Of a stretch of DNA of 64,000 bases, positions 56,271 to 64,000 are shown in pieces. The translations under genes were made by a program, and so were the position numbers. The first letter of the stretch is position 1; the number at the start of each line of letters is the position of its first letter. Source of the DNA: Anaerolineales bacterium (lineage in GTDB: Bacteria > Chloroflexota > Anaerolineae > Anaerolineales > UBA6663); contig JBGAJV010000014.1 in NCBI GenBank assembly GCA_044224715.1, positions 19,562 through 83,561 of the forward strand, given 5' to 3'. The notes below the pieces were generated by a model, which made no database searches, had not been told where the DNA came from, and saw only the letters and a program-made list of their open reading frames with translations.

Positions 56271-57248
56271 ATGAAAATCCTGGCAGTCCTGGCGGGCCGC
56301 AAGAACGGCAATGGCGAAATCCTGACGAAGGAAGCGTTGATGCGGGCCGAGGAGCTTGGCGCGCAGGTCAAGATGATCAACCTGCACGACTACAACATCA
56401 TGCCCTGCACCGGCTGTGAAAGCTGCACGGTGAAGTTCACGCAGCAGCATTGCGCGCCCGAATGCGTCAACATGCACAAGGACGACATGGAGCTGATCAT
56501 GCAGGAGTGGCTCGACTCCGATGGCGTGATCGTCACGGTGCCCGCCTACTCGTTCATGCCGGCCGGCATCTACCGCATCTTCACGGATCGGCACCTGTCG
56601 TACGAGCCGAACTTCCACAAGCAGGTCGGCAACGCCGCCTACTTCAAGCACCGCGTCGGCGGGATCATCACCAACGGCGGATCCACGCGCAGCTGGATGT
56701 CGATGGTCATGGAGAGCGTGACCGTGACCCTGTTGACCCAGGACATCAAGGTCGTCGATCAGATGATGGCCAATCGCGCCCCGCGCCCTGGCCAGATCCT
56801 GCTCGATGATGCGGCCCTGCAGCGCGCCCGCCAGCTCGGCGAGAACGTCGTCAAGGGCATCCAGAACTACGAAACGGTGGAATACCTGGGCGATCCCAAC
56901 CTGGGCTGGTGCCCGGTCTGCCACTCCAATCTCCTGTCGCTCGGCCAGCCGCACTGGAACAGCAGCGGCTATCCGATCGAATGCCCGGTCTGCCACTGCG
57001 GCGGCGACCTCGAGAAGGACGAGAACGGCCGCTGGAAGTTCGTCATCCAGGCGAACGGGCGCGAGAAGTCGATGACCGACGGAAGCGGCGCCAAGGACCA
57101 CTTCTTCGAGATCGGCGAAACGATGGGCAAGTACTACGCCAACCAGGGCGTGATCCGCGAGCGACGTAAGAAGTACTCGGCGTTCCGCCCGGCCGGGATC
57201 CCGCGTCGCGGCGGCCAGGTGCCGGTCGAAGTCGCCGAAGAAGCGTAA
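56271..57248 (+). CDS. Flavodoxin-fold FMN reductase / iron-sulfur flavoprotein-like protein with C-terminal Cys-rich extension
   Basis: MKILAVLAGRKNGNGE plus the compact Cys motif CTGCESC...C...C. C-terminal CPVCH...CPVCHCGG zinc-ribbon-like pair. Confidence 0.6.
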   Translation: MKILAVLAGRKNGNGEILTKEALMRAEELGAQVKMINLHDYNIMPCTGCESCTVKFTQQHCAPECVNMHKDDMELIMQEWLDSDGVIVTVPAYSFMPAGIYRIFTDRHLSYEPNFHKQVGNAAYFKHRVGGIITNGGSTRSWMSMVMESVTVTLLTQDIKVVDQMMANRAPRPGQILLDDAALQRARQLGENVVKGIQNYETVEYLGDPNLGWCPVCHSNLLSLGQPHWNSSGYPIECPVCHCGGDLEKDENGRWKFVIQANGREKSMTDGSGAKDHFFEIGETMGKYYANQGVIRERRKKYSAFRPAGIPRRGGQVPVEVAEEA

Positions 57249-57386
57249 GCCAGCGACGCCCACAGACGAGGCGTCATCTTTTCAATCGATCTGCGCTCGA
57301 CAACATCGCGAACCCCTGAGGCCCCGGAAACCGTGCCGCGGGTGGTTCGCGCTGTCGTTGAGAGGCCACACCTTGCGAGTGCTCTC

Positions 57387-58634
57387 ATGTCCACCTCCAA
57401 CTACCCTGCGTTTCGCTGGTACGTGTTGTTCGCCGTGATCGTCGCCACGCTTGCCCAGGGCATGATCCTCATCGCGCCCACCCCGCTCGTCGGCGAGATC
57501 TCCAAGACGCTTGGCGTCGATCTCGGGACGACCACCGGGGCGGCCATGCTCCCGTTCACGTTGATGGTCGCGATCGGCGGTATGGTCGGCGGCGCGGTCG
57601 TCGACAAGTGGGGCGTCGCCCGGACGTTCATCGGCTGTTGTCTGCTCGCGGCGGTCTGCGCCGCTCTCGTGCCCGTCCTCGGGACGAGCCTCCTTGGCCT
57701 TGTGGCTTTGCGGGCGTTGCAGGGCCTCGGCTGCGGCCCGATCATCGCTTCGGGTCCGCGTCTGGCGGCCGAATGGTTCCCGGCGCCGCAACGTGGGTTG
57801 TTCCAGGGGCTCCAGGGCGCGGCGTTGTCGCTCGGGATCACGATCGGCCTGATCGCGGGCCCGGCGATCGCCTCGAACTCGGGCTGGCCTACCGCGCTGC
57901 TGTGGTTCGGCGCCGTCATGGCCGTCGCGCTGCTCCTGTTCGTCGGTTACGCCTTCGGCCCGAAGTCGCCGGCCGCCGGGATCGTCGGCCAGGCCGGCCA
58001 CGGCGATGATGGCCTCTTCAAGAAGGTGTTTGGACTTCCCGCGTTCTGGCTCACGCTGGTCGCGGTGTTCTCGCTGTCGTGGGTCATGCAGGGCTACAAC
58101 GACCTCACGCCCGGGCACATCGCCGTTCCCGCGCCGGCCGGGCTGGGCATGGGCCCGGAAGTGGCCGGGACCATCATGGGCATCTACACCCTGGCGTTCA
58201 TGCTGGGCTCCATCGCCAGCGGCGTGGTGGTCGAGAAGGTCTTCAGGGGCCGGTACAGCCTGGCTATCCTGGTGTCGTTCGCGCTGACGGCCGTGTTCTG
58301 CGCGTCGGTGCTGCTGCCGATGGTGAACCAGAACCAGACGCTCCTGACAGTGTGCCTGATCCTGGCGGGTTTCTTCATGGGCATGCCCAACCCGATCAGC
58401 CTGACGTTCATCTCCAACAGCTATCCCGAAAACATTACAGGCAGGGTGGGCGGCCTGACGATGGGGCTCTCGATCTTCGGCGGCACGATCGCCGTGGCGG
58501 CCGGGTCGTATGCGCTGCACGCGACCGGCATGTACACGATCTCGATCATCATCGTGGTCGTGGTGGCCGTGATCGGCGCGCTCGCGGGCGCGAGCATTAA
58601 GGCGCCGCGTCTGGTCTCGAGCGGCCAGGCATAG
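57387..58634 (+). CDS. MFS transporter
   Basis: 12 TM helices. ATG at 57387 (MSTSNYPAFRWYVLF...). Confidence 0.8.
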   Translation: MSTSNYPAFRWYVLFAVIVATLAQGMILIAPTPLVGEISKTLGVDLGTTTGAAMLPFTLMVAIGGMVGGAVVDKWGVARTFIGCCLLAAVCAALVPVLGTSLLGLVALRALQGLGCGPIIASGPRLAAEWFPAPQRGLFQGLQGAALSLGITIGLIAGPAIASNSGWPTALLWFGAVMAVALLLFVGYAFGPKSPAAGIVGQAGHGDDGLFKKVFGLPAFWLTLVAVFSLSWVMQGYNDLTPGHIAVPAPAGLGMGPEVAGTIMGIYTLAFMLGSIASGVVVEKVFRGRYSLAILVSFALTAVFCASVLLPMVNQNQTLLTVCLILAGFFMGMPNPISLTFISNSYPENITGRVGGLTMGLSIFGGTIAVAAGSYALHATGMYTISIIIVVVVAVIGALAGASIKAPRLVSSGQA

Positions 58635-58697
58635 GTTGGGCGCTCACGGCGTGCGGAAGCCTGAGTGAGCGGCTCAGAGCGATGGCTTGTGAAAGAA

Positions 58698-58744
58698 AAC
58701 GGGTGACAGAGACCGGTTTGCCCCGCCGATCTCTGTCACCCGTT
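58698..58744. terminator. Stem-loop between the convergent MFS and IclR genes
   Basis: 14-bp stem aacgggtgacagag / ctctgtcacccgtt. Confidence 0.6.
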
Positions 58745-58799
58745 ATTCTTGATGGAGGTTGATCCGGCCGGCCCTGGCGCGCCAGACGCTTAAGAATCC

Positions 58800-59615
58800 T
58801 CAGCTCCGAGCCGCTGCAGCCGGTGGTTGGTAGCGCCGAACCCCGGGCGTGCGCTGGCCGATCACGTCGCAGGTCTGAAGCAGCGCCGACACGAAGCGCT
58901 CTTCCTGGCCAAGGAAGCGCACCGTCGGCACCGGGATGCTGATCGCGAGCGTCGTGCTGAGCGGCGCCTCGATGGCGGCGGCGACGGCGCTGATGCCCAG
59001 CGAGTGCTCCTCGCGGTCGTACGCAACCCCCGCCAGCCGGATCGCCGCGAGCTCTTCGATCAGCTGCGTTCGGGTACGGATCGTCGTCGGCGTGAACGCG
59101 GGCAGATCCTCCGGAAGCAATTGCATGACGGCTTCGGTGCTCAGGGTGGCGAGCAGGGCCTTGCCGTTCGCCGTGCAGTGCAGCGGAAAGGTCATGCCGA
59201 TGCCGGAGACGGCGCGCAGACGCTGCAGGCGGGTCACCTGATCGAGAAACAGGATGTGGTCCTTGTCGCGGATCGACAGGTCGACGGTCTCGTCGACCTT
59301 GAGCGACAGCTCCTCGAGGAAGGGACGCAGCTCGCGCCTCAGATCGTGACGAACGGCCCCGCCCAGCGAGATCAGCTCGACCCCGAGTTCGATTTGACCG
59401 CCCGGATCCACCGTGGTCAGCAGCCCCTCGGCCTCGAGCGTGCTCACAATCCGATAGACCGTGGTGCGCGGCAGTCGAACCTTGGACGCCAGCTGGGCCA
59501 GGTTGAGCCCGTCCGCATCGCGGATGGCGCGCAGGATGCGAGCCGCCCGGCTGATCACCTGGACCTGCCCGAGGTCGCGCTGAGGATTGGTGGAGGGTTT
59601 CGATTCAGTCGCCAT
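58800..59615 (-). CDS. IclR-family transcriptional regulator
   Basis: N-terminal HTH LNLAQLASKVRLPRTTVYRIVSTLEAEGLL and a C-terminal IclR effector domain. Confidence 0.85.
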   Translation of the reverse strand: MATESKPSTNPQRDLGQVQVISRAARILRAIRDADGLNLAQLASKVRLPRTTVYRIVSTLEAEGLLTTVDPGGQIELGVELISLGGAVRHDLRRELRPFLEELSLKVDETVDLSIRDKDHILFLDQVTRLQRLRAVSGIGMTFPLHCTANGKALLATLSTEAVMQLLPEDLPAFTPTTIRTRTQLIEELAAIRLAGVAYDREEHSLGISAVAAAIEAPLSTTLAISIPVPTVRFLGQEERFVSALLQTCDVIGQRTPGVRRYQPPAAAARS

Positions 59616-59776
59616 AAGCTTGGTCGTCGGGTCGCCCGACGGGCATGACCTCTTTCAAAAGGACCTGGTCAAGGCGGCGCGGCCTTGTCGACCGGTCGGC
59701 GTTGAGCTTCAAACAAGTGGCGCTCGCCATGCGACGCGCCGCAATATCGAGAGAATACCGCTATTCAGCCGTCTAT

Positions 59777-59789
59777 TCCGCAATGCGGT
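59777..59789. promoter_or_regulatory. TCCRCWWWGYGGA-type motif copy upstream of iclR
   Basis: tccgcaatgcggt; its core ccgcaatgcgg is a 5-1-5 palindrome. Confidence 0.4.
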
Positions 59790-59872
59790 AAGTTGCGGGC
59801 AGTATACACCGCTGATCTCAATCGGACATCCGATCGCCGCGCTGGTGTGTCACCATGACAGGTGGGGACTTT

Positions 59873-59970
59873 TGCCGCGGATTTCGCGGATGAAGATGAC
59901 TCTCGGTTCATTCGCCCTCTCGGCGCCGGGGTCAGACAGACCCATCTGCGTAATCCGCGCACGCCGCGGC
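59873..59970. repeat. Sub-repeat-built inverted element (CGCGGAT type)
   Basis: gccgcggatttcgcggatgaagatga ... tctgcgtaatccgcgcacgccgcggc. Confidence 0.55.
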
Positions 59971-60020
59971 AAGGATCTTTTGGGCGTCATCACGATCCAC
60001 AGGCCGTCGCCGTAGAACAG

Positions 60021-60058
60021 GATCGGGCCAGCCGGGTTGTGACGCGGCTGGCCCGATC
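60021..60058 (-). terminator. Stem-loop downstream of the SDR operon
   Basis: 14-bp stem gatcgggccagccg / cggctggcccgatc. Confidence 0.6.
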
Positions 60059-60114
60059 TCCGTTCAAGGGAGCGCTACGCGGGTCCGCAGGATGACGAGC
60101 CCACGCACCGCGCA

Positions 60115-60900
60115 TCAGCCGGCGGTGTAGCCCCCATCCACATACAGGATGGCCCCCGTCATCAGATCCGAAGCGCGAGACGACAGGAACAGGACGGAGC
60201 CGATGTAGTCTTCGGGCTCGCCCAGGCGCCCGATCGGCATGCGCGACAGGAAGCGCTGCGTGGTTTCAGGGCTCTCGAAGATCCACTGCGTCAGCGCAGT
60301 GCGGAAGACCGTCGGCGCAATCGCGTTGACGTTGATGTGATGCTTGCCCCACTCCCAGGCCAGCGTCTGGGTGAGGGAGTCGATGGCGCCCTTCGAGGGG
60401 CAGTACGCGCTGTAGTTGGGCAGGCCCAGCTTGCCGCGCTGCGACGAGACCAGGATGACCTTGCCGCCGCGCCCCTGCTGGATGAGCACCTTGCCGGCCT
60501 CTTTGCACATCAGGTACGTGCCCTTGACGTTCACGTCCATGATGGTCTCCCAATCCTCGACGGATTGTTCGACGATCGGCCCGGGCTTGTTGACACCGGC
60601 GGCGGTCAGGACGATGTCGAGCCCGCCGTACGTCTCGACGGCGTGGGCGACGATGCGCTTGTTGTCGTCGTGAGAGACCGGGTCACCGGCGATGTGCGTG
60701 GCCGTGTAGCCGGCGGCCGTGATCATCTCGGTCAGCGGCGCCAGCGAGTCGACGCTGCGTCCGGTGAGCACGACCTTGGCCCCGGCCTTGGCCAGCGCCA
60801 GACAGGCCACTTTGCCGAGGCCGCCCGTGGCGCCAGTGACGATGGCCACCTTGCCGTTGACACTGAACAGTTCTTGAGTGCTGGGTATCGCGTCTAGCAT
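60115..60900 (-). CDS. Short-chain dehydrogenase/reductase (SDR)
   Basis: TGATGGLG cofactor motif and YxxxK (YCPSK). Confidence 0.85.
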   Translation of the reverse strand: MLDAIPSTQELFSVNGKVAIVTGATGGLGKVACLALAKAGAKVVLTGRSVDSLAPLTEMITAAGYTATHIAGDPVSHDDNKRIVAHAVETYGGLDIVLTAAGVNKPGPIVEQSVEDWETIMDVNVKGTYLMCKEAGKVLIQQGRGGKVILVSSQRGKLGLPNYSAYCPSKGAIDSLTQTLAWEWGKHHINVNAIAPTVFRTALTQWIFESPETTQRFLSRMPIGRLGEPEDYIGSVLFLSSRASDLMTGAILYVDGGYTAG

Positions 60901-60906
60901 GATGGG

Positions 60907-61260
60907 CTACTTCGCTGCCGGATACGGCATGACCACCAGCAGGGTGGCGACTTCGTTGCTCTGGTTGATCAGTTCGCGCGGCTCGTCGGGGCCGATCCAG
61001 ATCGAGTCCATCGGGCCCAGCTTCAGGGTTTCATTCTGCAGCCGCACGGTCAGCTCGCCCGCCAGGCAGACGTAGATCTTGTCGAGCGGCGTGGCGCCCC
61101 AGTCGGCCTGGGCACCGGGCAGATAGTACGAGCAGCCGACCCAGTACGGCGCCTCGCTGCCTAGGTTCTTGTGCTGCAGATGCATGGTGTGGACGGTCGC
61201 CGAATGCCCGGGAGCCGTGTACTTCGCCGCATCGCTCAGTCGATTGACTTTGTAAGCCAT
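60907..61260 (-). CDS. Cupin-domain protein
   Basis: 117 aa with a cupin beta-barrel pattern (IYVCLAGELTV...GPMDSIWIGPDEPREL). Confidence 0.65.
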   Translation of the reverse strand: MAYKVNRLSDAAKYTAPGHSATVHTMHLQHKNLGSEAPYWVGCSYYLPGAQADWGATPLDKIYVCLAGELTVRLQNETLKLGPMDSIWIGPDEPRELINQSNEVATLLVVMPYPAAK

Positions 61261-61285
61261 GATGTCATCCCCTTAGGTGCCTGTG

Positions 61286-62071
61286 TCAGGCACCTGTTTC
61301 GATCCGGTACTCACCGGTCTTGTCGAGCACGGCGACGAGGCGGATGATGCAGCCGTCGCCGCGTGTCCAACGAATCGGGAAGAACGAGAAGGTCACGCGC
61401 TTCCCCGTCACCTTGTCGATGTCGCCGCCGACGTTCTCGATGCCCAGGATCCCGTTCGTGAAGAGGATGCGGTGCACCGGCTCCCAATCCGGGAAGTCCT
61501 CGATCACCTCGCGACCGCTGAACTCCTTGTATTCCTTGAGCAGGTGGGGCAGGAGGGGGCCGCCTGGGCCGTGCGGGCCGATGGCCGTGGCCAGCGGATG
61601 ATCGTTGGCCTGGGTATCGTGGCCGACGACCTTGACCCCGCGCTCCACAAGCCAGTGCGCGGCTGAAGGAACCAGGCCGGGCGCTCGTCCGAAGTAGTCC
61701 TGGTTGTCGCCGTACTTCGAATGCCAGCCGGTGTTGATGATGACGATGTCGCCGGGCTGGATCTTGGGCTCGGCCTTCTCAAGGTCCTCGGCCGTGATCA
61801 TGCCCCACTTGTCTTTCGGGATCGAGACCACCACGCCGGTGCCGAAGAATTTCTCAAGCGGGATCTCGTCGATGAACGGCGTCCCTTCCACCACGTGCGC
61901 GGGCGCATCGATGTGCGTCGTCGAGTGCATGGTGGTCGTGATCCGCTGCGTCAGGACGCCGGACTTGGCGTGGTAATGGATACGCTCGATTTCGACATCG
62001 CGGAAATAAGGCCAATTGGGGGCCTGAAACCCCCATGGGTGGCTCAGGTCAAAAAACTCCAGGGACGACAT
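61286..62071 (-). CDS. Cyclase-family protein (kynurenine-formamidase-like metal hydrolase)
   Basis: MHSTTHIDAPAH (HxxxHxD-type motif), VVGHDTQANDHP. Typical ~260-aa length. Confidence 0.75.
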   Translation of the reverse strand: MSSLEFFDLSHPWGFQAPNWPYFRDVEIERIHYHAKSGVLTQRITTTMHSTTHIDAPAHVVEGTPFIDEIPLEKFFGTGVVVSIPKDKWGMITAEDLEKAEPKIQPGDIVIINTGWHSKYGDNQDYFGRAPGLVPSAAHWLVERGVKVVGHDTQANDHPLATAIGPHGPGGPLLPHLLKEYKEFSGREVIEDFPDWEPVHRILFTNGILGIENVGGDIDKVTGKRVTFSFFPIRWTRGDGCIIRLVAVLDKTGEYRIETGA

Positions 62072-62119
62072 GGCGTGAACTCCTTAGGTGCTTGTCTCGT
62101 CCACGATACGGAATGAAAG

Positions 62120-62374
62120 TTCGCATTGCGGACAAGCACCAAGATATACCCGCAATCGGGGCTTGTCAATCCTCAGTCTGAGAGCTGCCAGGCGCCGGGG
62201 GAAGTGAGGTCAGGTGGACTGAACTCGGGTTCACTTTGCGGACGCTAACCGCATGATGGGCGTCACCTCCTCTTCGGTCAAAGCTCCTCATTCGTCGTCC
62301 ATCTATTGACATCCAAACGGGTAACCCGTATAGTGGCCCTGTCCGCTATGCGGAAGCATATACCGCATTGTGGA
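62120..62374. promoter_or_regulatory. Divergent promoter region carrying three TCCRCWWWGYGGA-type motifs
   Basis: ttcgcattgcgga (62120-62132), tccgctatgcgga (62342-62354), accgcattgtgga (62362-62374). A half-site tttgcgga lies at 62235-62242. Confidence 0.5.
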
Positions 62375-62424
62375 CATCCACGGTCGGGCCGATCTGACCA
62401 GGAAGCACACAGAAGGAGGCGGAC

Positions 62425-63360
62425 GTGGCGAACCAGATTGCCGTCATCGGAGCCGGGCTGATGGGGCATGGCATTGCTCAGGTGTTTGCCGCGGGCGGGC
62501 ACCGGGTCATCGTTCAGGACGCGGTTCCTGAAGCCCTCGCGACCGTCCATGAACGGATCACGGCCAACCTGACCCGCATGGCGGACTACGGGCTGGTGGC
62601 GGCCGACGCGATCCCCGAGATTGTCGGACGCGTCACGTGCACGGCTGACCTGGCCGAGGCCTGCCGCGGCGCCGACATCGTCGTCGAAGCCATCGTCGAG
62701 AACCTGGCGCTGAAGCAGGAGCTCTTCGTCAGGCTCGAAGAGCTGTGCTCCGACAAGGCCATCCTGTGCAGCAACACCTCAGTGATCAGCATCACCAAGA
62801 TCGCCAGCCCCGCCAAACGCCGCGAGCGCATCCTCGGGACGCATTTCTGGAACCCACCGTATCTCGTGCCGCTGGTCGAGGTGATCCGGACCGAAGAGAC
62901 TGACGACGCCTGCATGGACGTGATCATGACGCTCATGCGCGACTGCGGGAAGCAACCGGTGCGCGTCAACAAGGACGTGCCGGGGTTCATCGCCAATCGC
63001 ATGCAGCACGCGCTCTGGCGCGAGGCCTTCGCGATCATCGACGAAGGCATCTGCGACGCCGAGACGGTCGATGTGGCGGTGCGCAACAGCTTCGGCATTC
63101 GTCTGCCGGTGCTCGGCCCGGTGGCGAACGCTGACCTCGTCGGCCTTGACCTGACCCTCGCGATCCACGACTACATCCTCCCGTACATCGACGCATCGCC
63201 GACGCCCTCGGCGACGCTGCGCCGCCACGTGGAAGCGAAGGAACTGGGTTTCAAGTCGGGGTCTGGGTTCCAAAACTGGACGCCCGAGTCGATTGCTGAG
63301 ACACGGAACAAGCTGGCCACCCATCTGATGGAGATGCTGGCGCGCCAACGCAAGGCCTGA
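62425..63360 (+). CDS. 3-hydroxyacyl-CoA-dehydrogenase-family NAD enzyme (carnitine-dehydrogenase-like context)
   Basis: IAVIGAGLMGHGIAQ Rossmann motif and the 3HCDH C-terminal domain. GTG start at 62425. Confidence 0.8.
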   Translation: MANQIAVIGAGLMGHGIAQVFAAGGHRVIVQDAVPEALATVHERITANLTRMADYGLVAADAIPEIVGRVTCTADLAEACRGADIVVEAIVENLALKQELFVRLEELCSDKAILCSNTSVISITKIASPAKRRERILGTHFWNPPYLVPLVEVIRTEETDDACMDVIMTLMRDCGKQPVRVNKDVPGFIANRMQHALWREAFAIIDEGICDAETVDVAVRNSFGIRLPVLGPVANADLVGLDLTLAIHDYILPYIDASPTPSATLRRHVEAKELGFKSGSGFQNWTPESIAETRNKLATHLMEMLARQRKA

Positions 63361-63403
63361 AGACATCCGGCTCGCTCAATTCTGCAGATCGAAAGGCAAC
63401 ACC

Positions 63404-64000
63404 ATGGCTGACAAACTCATCATCACGGCGGCCCTGACAGGCGCGATCACGATCCCGACTCAGTCCGACAAATTGCCCTATACCTCTGAGCAGCTTGTCG
63501 CGGATGCTGTGGCCTGCGTCAAAGCCGGCGCGGCCGCCGTGCACATCCACGCGCGCAACCCGGAGACGGGCCAGCCGTCGTCGGATCCGGATCTGTTCGC
63601 GCCGATCCTGGCTGGCATTCGCGCTTCCGGCGTCGACATGATCGTCGGCACGACCACGGGCGGCGGCATGGGCATGCTCCCGACAGAGCGACTGCGTGTG
63701 GTGCCGCGTTACAAGCCTGAGGTGGCCTCGTTCAACCTCGGCAGCATGAACTTCTCGATCCACCCGGTCGCGCGCCGCTTCAAGCCTGAGGACTACCGCT
63801 TCGGCTGGGAGCAGGCCTACGCCGAGGGCACGAAGGACTTCATCTTCCGCAACACCTTCGGCGACATGGAGACGTTCGCCAAGACGATGGCCGAGCACAA
63901 CACCAAGCCCGAGTTCGAGGCGTACGACGTCGGCCATCTGTACAACCTGCGTTTCCTGCTCAAGGAGAAGCTCGTTCAGCCGCCATTCTGGATCCAGTTC
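63404..64000 (+). CDS. BKACE-family (DUF849) beta-keto acid cleavage enzyme, 3' end outside window
   Basis: My translation from ATG 63404 is MADKLIITAALTGAITIPTQS...AAVHIHARNPETG...EFEAYDVGHLYN, open to the window end. It is not in the supplied ORF track because no stop lies in the window. Confidence 0.8.
   Translation, partial: MADKLIITAALTGAITIPTQSDKLPYTSEQLVADAVACVKAGAAAVHIHARNPETGQPSSDPDLFAPILAGIRASGVDMIVGTTTGGGMGMLPTERLRVVPRYKPEVASFNLGSMNFSIHPVARRFKPEDYRFGWEQAYAEGTKDFIFRNTFGDMETFAKTMAEHNTKPEFEAYDVGHLYNLRFLLKEKLVQPPFWIQF

Noticed and set aside
59587-60015. 142-aa ORF in the iclR-SDR intergenic region
   Set aside because: No RBS. It runs through a CGCGGAT-type repeat and a terminator, with no recognisable motif.
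63251-63937. 228-aa ORF on the minus strand
   Set aside because: It is antisense to the BKACE gene, whose translation shows the family hallmarks.

Overview
This is a 64 kb, GC-rich bacterial chromosomal segment with dense coding on both strands. There is no rRNA, CRISPR array, transposase or obvious prophage. I cannot assign a taxon from sequence alone. The gene content (WXG100-type toxin, LCP protein, mreBCD-mrdA-minCDE-rodA operon, GlnRS plus GluRS, abundant intergenic hairpin repeats) fits a high-GC filamentous or rod-shaped lineage such as Chloroflexota or Actinomycetota.

Main blocks:
- 1-4.4 kb: histidine kinase tail, di-haem cytochrome c peroxidase, and a WXG100-headed HExxH toxin with a candidate immunity gene.
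- 4.4-16.6 kb: a corrinoid methyltransferase island. It holds 4 corrinoid proteins, 3 URO-D-family methyltransferases, a methyl-THF methyltransferase, a RACo-type activase, DUF1638 and GntR.
- 16.9-22.3 kb: ThuA, a beta-propeller protein, tRNA-Gln and a frameshifted hydrolase.
- 22.4-25.6 kb: glnS and gltX, convergent.
- 25.7-33.9 kb: the morphogenesis operon mreB-mreC-mreD-mrdA-minC-minD-minE-rodA.
- 34.2-42.6 kb: tilS, a catalytically degenerate Xer-like protein, an LCP protein, a coiled-coil pseudo-histidine kinase, tRNA-Leu, an FtsB-like gene and an initiator-like tRNA-Met.
- 42.8-54.7 kb: an unusual minus-strand locus of thiolase, DUF35, ACP, Ptb, Buk, FAD reductase and Fe-S proteins. It contains a 1.5 kb tandem duplication and has its own PucR regulator and PPTase.
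- 55-64 kb: MFS transporters, an Isf-like flavoprotein, IclR, and an SDR-cupin-cyclase / 3HCDH-BKACE catabolic cluster.

At least 14 hairpin-forming elements built from short degenerate sub-repeats occupy intergenic gaps across the window.

All calls come from reading the ORF translations and the DNA by eye. No database search was run.
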